DNA of 64,000 bases. Source: the human T2T-CHM13v2.0 reference genome, Homo sapiens. A program made the translations under genes and the position numbers. Position 1 is the first letter of the stretch. Each line of letters opens with the position of its first letter. Of the stretch, positions 41,989 through 55,329 are shown piece by piece. Location of the stretch: NCBI RefSeq assembly GCF_009914755.1, contig NC_060930.1. One strand, given 5' to 3'. Below the pieces are notes generated by a model. It worked only from the letters and a program-made list of their open reading frames with translations. It did no database searches and was not told the DNA's origin.

Positions 41989-42597
41989 GTGGCACAGGAA
42001 CATTAAAATGTCCATTGTTGACTCAGCAAACTAGACGATGAGCCTGCAAGCTACAAGCTGACTAGCAAAGTCATGGGCACCACTAGAGCATTTTAAGGAA
42101 AACAGTTCGCTAGTCCTCTAAGAGGAAGTCCGTCAGGTTGAGAGTGGGTCTTGCATTTCAAGGGAGGAAACTTCAGAGCACTTGGACCTAGCAACCAGGA
42201 ACATGGGAAATCAGAAACAGATCAACCAACCACAAGAACCAGAGGACATACAAAGCGGACAGAGAACGCTCACAGAGCAGATCTTCCCACTTCATTAATG
42301 CAGTGGTCCTCATATAAACCTCCTGGAACTCAAACACAACACAACTCAATAAAGACGCAATAAGGGGAAGCAAAACAAACCTTGAGTTGACAGAGTATAT
42401 TGACAGATACTCGGTCATGGCTTTGACCAAGTTCACCTGGATGAGAGCAAATTTAGTTTTCTGCTATCTGATGAAAATGGTAACTCATGAAAAAAACCCT
42501 CAGATTTCATAGAAAAATTAAAATTAAGTATGGGCTTTATAAATTCAAGTTTTTACCTTTGAAATTTCCACCAATTACATGTACATTTTTTTACTTG

Positions 42598-42628
<31 letters not shown>

Positions 42629-42743
42629 GAGACACGGTCTCCCTGTGTTGCCCAGGCTGTTCTCAAACTCCTGGGCTCAAGCAATCCTCCCACCTCAGCC
42701 TCCCAAGTGCTGGGATTGCAGGTGTGAGCCACCATGCCCAGCC
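42598..42743 (-). mobile_element. Alu monomer (FLAM-like) with (TTTA)n tail
   Basis: 'ctcctgggctcaagcaatcctcccacctcagcc'. Confidence 0.92.
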
Positions 42744-43171
42744 TATATGTACTTTCTAATCCTAATTATTATCTCAGCCCTGGGATTACATCTCAGATTA
42801 TTTTGGTCTGCCTTTTGCAATTGTACTTGCAATCTCTTGGTTTACTTCCCCTAACAGTTAATCATATCTATTATACATTGATTTCACTAATTCAGTTTTA
42901 TAAAGTGTTGCCCAAACTATAAGAGTTATCCATTGTTTGCAATTTTTGTTTAGGATTTTTTGAGTGAAGATGCTGGAAAATAGCTGAACAAAGACACCTT
43001 GTGGATAAGCAAAACCCAGGGGACAGAGAGCTCCTCCCTGGTCTACTCTTCTGCCTGCATGACTAGCCTTAAGTTTAAGGAGAGAAGCTACCATATTTGT
43101 TTTTTCTTTTTGTTTTTAAGCCTTGCAGTAGGGCCTATAACAATAAATTACATATTATAGATGCTCAATTA

Positions 43172-43519
<348 letters not shown>

Positions 43520-43829
43520 TTATTCAAATAAATTGGGACAAGTATGACTTGGTTTCACTGCTTTTTGTACTTTGTCACTCAAATAGTATGTGTGAATGAT
43601 TTACCTTCTCCAAGCTCACCAAATGGGTAAATGGCTAGGTCCAGGTATGTCGGGCATCAAGCTTAAATATTGAATATAAATACAGTGTTTTCAGTGACTT
43701 TGCTAGACTCTTAATCTGCAAGTGGCTTCTATATTCTAACCATAGAATTGGTTCCTTGAAGTTCTTTTAGTCCTTGATCTCTTAAATCTTGCTGAGTCTC
43801 CTGTGATGTTGTGGATTTTGTAGTAGGTA

Positions 43830-44075
43830 AAAAGAGTGCACACAGCCTTTAGGGCACCTGTGTTCAAGGTCTGCTTTCCTAAGAATCTGACCTTGAGAAA
43901 GTTACTCAATCTCTTTGAGCTTTAAGTTTTTTATCTTTAAAATAAAAATAATATTACTACTTCATTAGGTTGCTGTCCACACTCGATTAAATTCAAAATT
44001 TTTTCAAGTGCTTAGCATTTTAATCTGTAAAGTACATGGCAGGACAAGCATTCAAGAGCTGGTAGCTATTGACGG
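43830..44075 (+). mobile_element. MIR
   Basis: 'tgaccttgagaaagttactcaatctctttgagc...aaaataaaaataata'. Confidence 0.7.
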
Positions 44076-44483
44076 TATTATGATGCAAAAATAAAATGAT
44101 CAGTTGCTATTCTTTAAATGTCTCAGAGATGAAGATTTTACTTGTCCACCTTTCCTGGGTAGATGTGAAACAAAGGCATTTTTTCCTTCAGTTGTCATAT
44201 ATTTTGTCATATGATATACATCTACACATATCCTATATCTAAAATTGATGGGTTTTATATTCCAAATAATTATCTAAGTGTCCCTAAAGCTATTCGCTTA
44301 TCATTATGCACCGTATTGTCATCGAGGAGAGTCATTAATTCAGCACACTTTTGTCTATCTCTCTGTGGACAGCACACCTTTGTCCATCTCTCTGCTATGC
44401 GTCATGGGTAAGCAGAGAGAAGCCCTGCTGTCTAGTGGCTTCAAACAAATGATCATACTAGTGAACACAGAAATATTTCAACA

Positions 44484-44800
<317 letters not shown>

Positions 44801-45997
44801 CTAAGTGAATAAGCAAATTTAAAAACTAAACAAGTAGAAAGCATATTAGCATGTATAAGCATAGGACTCAGCAAAGGGAGGTTATCTTCTAAATAGGTCA
44901 GCCTGTAGGAAATAAAAACATCTTAACATTCTCCCAGCTGGTTTAGAAAATATGCAAGGAGCAAAACACGTGTGATTTGACTCTACTGAACTCCCTTTAA
45001 TCCCTCTATTTCAGTTCCAAATACACTGTGGACATTCAAGAAACATGAAGAATAATTAAATAGACATGCTGCTATCACACTAATCATCTTGGAATAAGTG
45101 TGCATATTGGCTTTTGTATTTTTTTTTTCTGGGAAAGTGTTGAAACTATGTAAAGCATTATACCAATATGAAGCATTATTATTTTTCTTATTTCATGAAA
45201 TTCAGCAATCTATATGCACATGCCAGGGGCTAAGAAAGTTTTTACATTCCAGAAACAGACACAGATGCTATTATTGCCTGCTTCTTTGCATACATATCTC
45301 TGAGGTTGGCCTCATTTCTTAAATATGGCAGCTACATAATGGCAGAGAAACTATATTAAAAGTGAAATTCATTCGATCTTCCAGATGTTCTCATTAGGTG
45401 ACACCAAACCATGGAGTGATTGATTGATTAACTGAATCTTTCCTTTCTACTTGAATTTTTGGCATCATGTACCACATACTTAAATTTAATTCAACAGTTT
45501 GTAACATCAGCCTTGTATTCTTTCCACAAATTTGAGGTTATCCATACATACTAAAATAGTAGTATCAATGCCACCATTTGGTTAGATACTTGTTGAGGGC
45601 ATAAAGACCATGACATATTGAAAGGCTGTATTTTTCATCTTTCTTAGTAAAGTGGTGTGTCTCTTTGGGTTAATATCTTCCTGATATTCTGGCAACCCAA
45701 ACAAGAAAACTGATTCATCTTTGTCACCTCTTCCCCCCATACTCCCTGCAGTGGTTTTGGGCCCCATCCCCATTTTACCATTCTTGTATATAATTTTCTA
45801 GTTTAAAATCTCATAATCTCCATCTTGAACTTTTGCCTTGGTTTCATAATTTTAAGAAGCAGTTCACTGTAGCATTTAAGAGTACATATTCTGCGATCAG
45901 ACAGGATGAAATCCAACCTGAGTCCACCACTTATTTGCTACAGAACCAGTATAGCAGTTCTCTCATCTATAAAATGAGATTAATAACAATATGTACC

Positions 45998-46396
45998 TTG
46001 GATAAAGAAAAGGTGGTACATTTACACCATAGAATACTATGCAGCCATACAAACAGAATGAGATCATGTCCTTTGCAGGAACATGGATGGAGCAGGAGGC
46101 CATTATCCTTAGCAAACTAATGCAGGAAAAGAAAACCTAATAGTGCGTGTTCTCACTGATAAGTAGAAGCTAAATGATGACAACTCATGGACACAAAGTG
46201 GGGAACAACAGACACTGGGGCCTACTTGAAGGTGGAGGGTGAGAGGAAGGAAAGGAGCAGAAAAAATAACTACTGGGTACTAGGCTTAGTACCTGGATGC
46301 CAAAATAATCTGTACAACAAACATCCATGACAGGAGTTTACCTATATAACGAACCTGCACACGTACCCCTGAACTTAAAATAAAAGTTAAAAAAAA
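45998..46396 (+). mobile_element. L1 3' end (L1PA15/16-like), 5'-truncated, nested in a MIR
   Basis: 'gagatcatgtcctttgcaggaacatggatggagc...cccctgaacttaaaataaaagttaaaaaaaa'. MIR resumes on both sides (45860-45995 and 46398-46495). Confidence 0.92.
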
Positions 46397-46509
46397 TAGG
46401 ATCTACCTCTTAGCATTGCTGTGAGTAGTTAATATGTGTCAAATATTTAGAATGTACTTAGCAAGTAAATATAGGCAAATGGTAGCCATTAAATTATCTT
46501 CTTTTGTTG

Positions 46510-47060
46510 CCATTGTCCCCATTCAATCATTTCTCCAAAATGAATTCAACTATGCTTTCCAACTAAGAAACCTGTGATGACCCCTTGCTACCTATAAATA
46601 ATGCCAAACTTTTCAGCTCCTTGTCTTCTCCTAACACTCTCCCTGTTCTTCAGCCACATTGGACTTTGCCATATTTTACCAACCCGCATGCTTCAAGTCT
46701 CCTAGATTTGCTCACGTGATTCCTTTTGATTAAAATACCCTTTCTTATTCTCTAATGAGTCATAGTCCATGCATCACACAAGACCCAGTTCATAGATCAA
46801 GTTCCTGGTGAAATCCTCCCTAAAATAACCCAAGCAGAAAGCATTATCCCCATATGTGTTCTTTCATAGGATTTTGCTCATATATCGGTATGGGACTCAT
46901 TCTATTGTAAGATAGTATCATTACTTGCTTATGAAATCACTTTTGCCCTTAGGTTTTGTGTTCCTTGGGGACAAAGATTACGTCTTAATGATCTCTATAT
47001 CTGGACAGTCTAGCATACTGACTGACATAGTCTAGAAGCCAAATAAATATTTATGAGAAA
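46510..47060 (+). mobile_element. L2, degenerate
   Basis: 'cttcagccacattggact', 'ttccttggggacaaagatta', 'tagcatactgactgacatag...aataaatatttatga'. Confidence 0.65.
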
Positions 47061-48265
47061 ATAAAAGAGGGTTAGCATAATAAATATTACGAATAAGAAT
47101 CCCTTATCAGAAATCTTTTCTTTCACAAGATTCACATTGAGTCCTGACTCCTTCAAGCAACCTTTCCATCTGTCTCAGCTCAAATGGCTTCCCTGACTTT
47201 GAACTTCTCTACTATTTATCTATCTGCCATTTATCTGCCACTTATAATATATTGCATTGTAATTTCAATTTCTTCTTTTCGTATATTGTAACTCAGATGT
47301 CAGCTAGATCCTATCTACCCATTAAGATCTATCCGAGTGTGTCTCAAACCCCACTCTTGCCAGTCCTTGACATACCACAAGATTCCAATCAATTCCTGGG
47401 GGAATTTTGTGCTCACAGACATCTCTGGCTCTGAAACCCTTCTTCTGTGGACTTAATTCAGATGTGGGTCATCTTCCTCTCCTATGCATGCTGTTTCTAT
47501 TATGCTGCTATTCTAATTCTGCCTCTGGTCAATCCAGAAGTGGAACTCAGCCCCTTTCCTGATGTCTACAAAACAAAACCAACCAAATAAGCAAATAAAC
47601 CCCACTCACATAAGCTTTTGTGTAAATGACAAACTTTACCAAAAGTTTCAAAAACAGAAGAGATTTGTATCACAGTTATAAAAATGCCTAGTCAGTTGCT
47701 ATTTTGTACCATATTGATTCAGAAATATGTACATATATTGTATATCAAATGAGCGTGTATACCTTGTAGTCACAGATCTGGATTGAACAGTCATTACTAA
47801 ATGAGAAGACACAGCAAGGGTCTACTTCATAGCAATTCAAAAAGAGTAACATAATATTAAAATCTAGGGATTTATATCGGGGGTGTCACAGGCCATTTCA
47901 CACTTTGCAGCTCCCATCTTTACTTCATTGGTTTCTCTCTTTCTGCTCTCACCCATCCCCATCTGTCATCCTCAATTCCTCCCCCTTCCCTTCTGGAACA
48001 CCTACTAGAAACTCCCATTTTTTAAAAATTCTATTTGGTGGAGCAATTCAATTCCTTCCAGGTTTTAATCTCAAAATCAGCATCAGCCTCATATTTGCAT
48101 ATGCAAATACATCAAGGTGCTCAGCAAATTAAAATGGTGTCTCATGTAGTAGGATTTATTCTCCTTAGAAAACTGATGTGTTTTAACCCAAGATTTGTTT
48201 TTCCTCTGTACATAAGTATGCTTAATTCTGCTAATTAATTTTAAATCCCTTAAGGCTCAAGCTAA

Positions 48266-48643
<378 letters not shown>

Positions 48644-50147
48644 TGATAAATATTTGTTAAGCAGTTGCTATGTAAATGGTATTACAAAGTGAGCAATTGC
48701 CACTCTGTCTTCAAGATGCTCCTAGTAGGTAGGGTCTATACATGTGGAACAAAGAATTACACTGTCTTGTGGTATGTGCCTTAAGATTGAAGTTCAGACC
48801 AGATTCTGTAAAACTACAGAGAAGGAAGCCTCACTATAGTTTTCAACCTTGTGTTCATGCCAACATTTCTGTGATCCGTCACATTCTCCAAACAAGAACA
48901 GTAATTCCTTAGAGTGGAGATTCTTATCCTCAGTGGAAACCAGGGGTTTGGAAGGAGAAGACACATTCTTCCTCAAAGGATATAATAGAATAGGGCTGGA
49001 GTGTAACCTAGAATTTCCACAAATACCAATGATTCTGAGAAACTTGGTCGAGGAGTGTGCCCTGTGAGAATCAATGGTGTAAAACCTTTAAGATACAATC
49101 AAATTAGAACACAATTTTTCAAAAATATATGTATTCCATAAAGTGAGGTGCATGGGATGTATTTGTACATGTGAATATATGTACCAGCAACTAGTGAATA
49201 TATCTGCATGGCCATCTCTGTGCTGCTTGTTTAACTCACTTGCAAACAGCTTGGAGCAGGTCTGTTTTGGATGTCAATATAATGAGATCTCCAGGGTCTG
49301 GAGCTGGAAATGACTAGAGATTTCGCTTCAGAATATACTGAGTTATTGTGAATTGGTTTTGCTTTATGTAATGCTCAGCATGAGATTCGAAAAAAAATAA
49401 TATTATAGTGATTTTTTCCCAAATGGGAGTACAGTCTCTCAGCTATTTTTAGGTCATTATTTTAAATTCTAAGTACTGTATTATTGATGTCTTTTTCAAG
49501 AAGAACCAGACATAGGTTGAAAGTTATTTATTAAATCCTTTCTCAAAAAAAGCAACATGCATATATTCTCCAGAGAATAATTTACTTTCAGATTGATATC
49601 AGCTGGTAAAACCATCCAAACCACTGGAGCAAAAGTTTATATTTCTTTTTAGATTATCTTCCTCTGCTTTCTAAAGTAGATCATTGCAAAGACTAGAGAA
49701 GAAATCACAATTCAAATCTGGACCACCATTTGGCCATTAAAAGAGGGACCAAGATACAAACAGAAAAGAGCAACACACTTTTGCTTGAAAGAATCTGGCA
49801 GATCTTCTGCAAGCTCACAAAGCATGTCTCTGCAGAGGACCACTCTGCTCCTCTGCCTGGGCTTCAAACCAACCACCTGCAGGTGGTAACTCAAAAATAA
49901 GTAGCAAGTTAAAGCTATCAGAACATGTATTGACAGTTACTGATTTATGCATACTCATTCTTGTATAGCCAAAAGATATACTAAAATTTTTATTATAAAT
50001 AATTGCTCTAAAGTATGCAGCCCCTTCAGGCTATGTAATACATGGATAGTAAAGTGAAGAATTGAAACAATTTTCTGAACAGCTCAGATCATTAAAGGGA
50101 TTTTTTTTTCTGCTATATCCAGAAGAAAGGAGGAGAAACAAAATGTT

Positions 50148-50500
50148 ACCTTGTTATTCTCTCTGCCTGGAATGTTCTTCTCCCCAGAAATGTGCATGAT
50201 TTGCTTCCTTCTACTTCTTAAATCTTCTCAACTAACAGCTTCTCAGTGAGGACTTTCCCAAGTAGGGCAAATTGCAACCTCCCCCTGTCCATGAGGAAGC
50301 TTCTCAGCCTTCCCTGATTTATTTCTCTCCATAGCTCTTACATTTTCTAATAAGCTACATGATGTACATATTTGTTTATTGCCTGTTTATTTTTTCCAAT
50401 AGAAATAAAATTAGGAATTTATGTTTCTTTCATCCTTCTGCTCTATCTGCAGATCCCCAGCTCATAGTAGGTGCTCAAGAAAAATGAGTAGTATAAATGG
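50148..50500 (+). mobile_element. L2a-like 3' end
   Basis: 'ctctgcctggaatgttcttctccccaga...cttctcagtgagg...catagtaggtgctcaa'. Confidence 0.8.
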
Positions 50501-50582
50501 GAATGATCGGTGCAACTTAGTTGGGTAAAGTTGCTGTGCCACTTAGCAGGGCTCAAATCTGTGGACTTCTTCCATCTTCCTT

Positions 50583-50585
<3 letters not shown>

Positions 50586-50623
<38 letters not shown>
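50586..50623. repeat. (CA)n microsatellite
   Basis: Pure CA run of about 18 units. Confidence 0.97.
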
Positions 50624-50625
<2 letters not shown>

Positions 50626-50831
50626 TTTAATCACCCTGTGTCTAATTACAGTTATCCATGAATTCCTATGAACTGCCCTCTAGGGCAACATGCCTTCTTA
50701 CTGTAACAGATAATGCAGTAGATGAGATTTTCAGAGTAAGTTGGCAGAGTGAAACCATCACAGATTCTCTCCCAGCATAACTAAAGAAACTTATAAATTT
50801 TAGGTAAAACAAGACATAAAAAATAAATCAG

Positions 50832-51138
<307 letters not shown>

Positions 51139-52329
51139 TCATCAAACAAACGAAGAGATACAGCTTCTGCTCACATTATGAGAAGCATGATCTTTATCCA
51201 GAATGTGACTCTTGTAAAGATAGCTTCCCCCTCCATAATGGTAAGAAGCCAACATGTTAAATTTATCAGTGTGTCTCGCTCATTCCCCTAAAGAATGGAG
51301 CCATACTAGGAGCTTAGTATTGGCCTGTGCTGTAGATAGGTTTGACACTCAGCAATAGTGGCAGCCAGATTAGCCTTGGGAAGGGGAAGTCCATGCTGCT
51401 GGGCCTATGCATAACATAGATATGTGTAATACTTCCAAAGCAGGAATAAGACTAAAGGCATCCAAAGCCAAAGAAAACAAACATAAAAACCCACCAGTGT
51501 CTCTCCAGAATCAGTAAAAAAAAATATCCAGAGCTCACTATTTGTGTCTTTTGTTGTTGTTTTTCCTAGCTGAGAACGAAGCTGCAGACAAAACGCAGTC
51601 TATTCACAATCACCTAGAGCTAATTATAGCCAACAAAATATATGTATCTTGCAAAACAGAAGATTAAAAACAAAAAAATATGAACAGAAGAGAAATAGAA
51701 TAAGCACCACTGATGGTGTGAGAGGTCCAGGGTGAGAAGCAACACAAACGACCCCAGTTGCAGTGCTACTCTCTCCCAGCAAATGATAATGTTGTGGGTT
51801 CGGCCCTCAAGTTTCACCTATTTTTTGGAAGTAGGAACAGCAGTTGAGGAGACACACGTGAAGAGGCAGAAGTGCATCTTGTCTCTGTGCAAACCAGATT
51901 CCAGGCTCCACCCCAAGCTGGGTATCTCCCTCAGCCTTGGACAAGACCTCAAGATAGTTGTAGTAAACTCTGGCCAGGGCTTTAATCCAACTTGGAATAG
52001 TGAAAGCAAAGATCAGATTCACAAACCAAGTCCTGATCAATTCTCCTTTTCTTCCCTGCCCCTCTAGCAACAGAAAACAGGCACAACCCACTTTACCCAG
52101 CCTTCATGCCAAGTTCTCAATGATATAAGCAGTCTCAAATAAGATGGTAAAGGAGTTAAACAGTTCTCACTCCCACAATATCAGCGGGGGAAAGGTTTTA
52201 TAATACTTAAAAAGTATTCACTTAAAAAGTGAACATTTATTATTTACTGTGTGCCTGTCACTAGAGCCTTACATGTATTAATTCATTGAGTCCACACAAC
52301 CACCCAATAAGTTAGGTACTATTATTGGT

Positions 52330-52660
52330 AAACAATTCCATATTCAAAAACCTTGGAGCCAAATGTTTCTCAAAATTCATTTTTTTCCAGCTTTTAGAAA
52401 GGGAATGAGATAGATGTGCTATATAAGACATAAAATTCACAAGTCCTGAAGAAGCCCCCTATATTCAAATATGTTAATTTTTGCAGTGAAGTCTATGAAT
52501 ATTCACACTATGTTGGAAAAATTAATTCTATACATAACTCATATCAATTGAGATCAGGTCAGTTTTTGCCACCAAATGTGTTTGTGCCGAATTTACAAAA
52601 ATGATAAGGTTTTTGGAGCCTTCCGAATTTGAGACTTATGGATATGAAACTTGGACCTAT
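52330..52660. mobile_element. Old Tigger-like DNA element following a MIR (52230-52327)
   Basis: 'aaaccttggagccaaatgtttc...ttttagaaagg' and terminal 'ggacctata'. Family assignment uncertain. Confidence 0.45.
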
Positions 52661-53419
52661 AGTCACCCAGGCACAAGTGGGGAGGCTAGAGCAGAGAAAG
52701 ATTCAGGATACGATTCTCCCAGGTCAAATAGGTAGAAAGAAATGGGACCTGGTGAACTCAGACTCGAGTATCTCTCAGTTAATAGTCATCAGTGGGCATT
52801 TACCTGCTCAGCAAATAGTAAGCAACTACTGTACACAATTGTGTCTGCACAAATGTCTCTATCTTAAGTCTCAGAATCTCATTTGTTCTCATCCTGGGTT
52901 CTAACTTTAACACAAGAGATTTCTGAAAGTTGTGCATTTAACTGGAGTTGGAATTCTGCAACCACATAATTCGATTTTAGGTCTAATCCTTATTCATGTC
53001 TGTGCTGCAGCTATAGGCAATAAGGGATTCTCTTAAGGCCTCCATAGAAGCTTTCTGGTTCTCTACTTTTGTCTTGAATTGAAGATAAAGCAATATACTA
53101 ATATTTGTCTTTACACAAGCTCTCTGGCACAGTCAAGTAACTTATACCACCTGAAACATGTGTCGTCATCATTGTGACAATATCAGGGGTACAACAGTCT
53201 GGTGACTTTCCAAAGCCTTGTCCTCTGCTGGCTCTCCATCTCACACCACTAGGATGACCATTCAAGAGACAATGATGCCACATCACATACCTACTGCTAA
53301 GTGTTGTGTGTTCTCAAGAATAGAGGTCATCCATGAATTTGCCTAGGGTATTAAGCAACCTTGAGAAATCAGGGTTTATCAGAATTCTATTTTTAAGGTC
53401 ATTCCTGACCCTGAGTACT

Positions 53420-53885
53420 GTGTCAATAAGGATTCTGACAGGTAACACAGTTCGACCCAAATACTTCAAATGAAGAAACTTTAATAAAGGCAATGCTTAG
53501 AAAGTTAGTCAGGGTTCAAGGAAGAAGGCCTGGTGGGGTATCCAGGGAAGAGGAGCAGTGGAATACCATTAACGTGTTATCAGCATTCAAGGAGCACTGG
53601 ATCCTTGAAGGAGTGGTCACCTCCAAGAACCATCCTCACAAGGGGTACAGTTACTCCCCAAGACAGGCACCTGAAGTGGGGAGAAATCAGGGAAATAATG
53701 CCCACTTCTCTCCTCCCACCCTCTGATTCGCTGCAGGTGCTTCCCATTGGGCAAACCCAGTTGGAAGCCAGTGGGTCAACCAGTCCAGATGATGCCAAGA
53801 GCAGAGGTCAGCCTTCCCTCTGGGGTATAGAATGGGGTAGGGCAGGGCTGAGAGTGAATCTGGGGCTGAAATAGACTGGGCCAAC
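53420..53885. mobile_element. Old MaLR LTR (MLT1K/L-like)
   Basis: 'tcccattgggcaaacccagttggaagccag' and 'agaggtcagcct'. Confidence 0.65.
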
Positions 53886-54555
53886 AAACAAGAGCACATA
53901 TAGACTTCCCTGTTTTAAGAATAAAGAAATTCAAGCAAAGTTACTTGCTCAAGGTCACATAGTGAGTGGCAAAGCTAGATTCAAACCTAAGCAGCTCTCT
54001 ACCAACACTACACTCTCAACAACTACAGTATCCTTAGATGGAGACTGTCAAACTGTTGAGAACTTAGAGGAGAGAGGACCTACAAGTGCTTCTTGCAAAA
54101 AAGGATGCTGCTTGATAACCAGGTAAGAGATGACTGGAGAGTCCATGCCAAGGGATTAGCGATGAGCAGTAAATAGATGTGTGCAAAATAGGATTATAAA
54201 GGAAATGCCAAATTTAAATAATTTAGCAATATTTAACTTATTCAACAATAGCAATACAAACAACTAAAAATGTGGAGTTAGTGGGAGAAAGCAGTTGAAG
54301 TCCATCAATATCTTCATCTTTCTTATGGGCAATCAACAATGATGAAGTTGAGAAGTAACAAAAGTATATTTTTGAATATCACTATAATGCTTTTTTTCCA
54401 ATGGTATGCATCTTTATTTATTTTTATCTCCCTAATTTGTCATGGGTCAAAAAAGGTGAGTTCGTATTGCATCATCATCCTGCTTTTGTCCATTTCTCCT
54501 TACATTTTCTACTTTTCATGCTTTATATACTTTGATGTTACAATAAAAAAAAATT

Positions 54556-54855
54556 GGGCTGAGTGTGGTGGCGCATGCCTGTAATCCCAGCACTTTGGGA
54601 GGCCTAGGTGGGAGGATTGCTTGAGGCCAAAAGTTCAAGACCAACCTGGGCAATGTAGTAGGACCCCATCTCTACAAAAAATAATTTTTAAAAAATTAGT
54701 TGGGCACGGTGGCATGTACTTGTGGTCTCCAACTACTAGGGAGGCTGAGGAGGAAGGATTGCTTGAGCCCAAGAGGTCAGGGCTGCAGAGAACCATGATC
54801 CTGCAACTATACTCCAGCCTGGACAATAGAGCAAAATCATATTTCTTAGAAAAAA
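54556..54855 (+). mobile_element. Alu (AluJ-type)
   Basis: 'gggaggattgcttgaggcc' and 'ggattgcttgagcccaagagg'. Confidence 0.94.
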
Positions 54856-55329
54856 GTTAAAATTCAAAGAAAAATTTGATCATTAAGAACAATATTTTTA
54901 TTTGTAATGTTTTCAGGGGAGCTCAGCCTTCAGAAAAACTGAGTTTCCTGAATAGAGGAAGGAGCCAATATTCAAAGCAATACAAAATGCTCAGGAAGTT
55001 ACAGTGTGTTCATTTTTCTCCTTGGTGGTGAAAGGATGTTCTCCCTCACATGATTATCATATCTGCAGGAATTACTGTATATCTTTAGATGTCAGAGATA
55101 AAGTTGGTCTCCCATGGGGTCAGAAACTTACAGGAAAGGGCCTCATGGCTTTATTTCTTGAGGAAACTCATTGTTCTTATATTTTGTGGTTTATCTAAGA
55201 TGAAGCTTTGTGGTTTGGTTTTGTTTTCTCTGATCATGGTATAGGGTATACACACCTCACAAAGATGGTAGAGCCTGATGCCAGCTTTGGCTTCTCATTT
55301 TGGTATTTATTGCATACATTTTAAAACAG

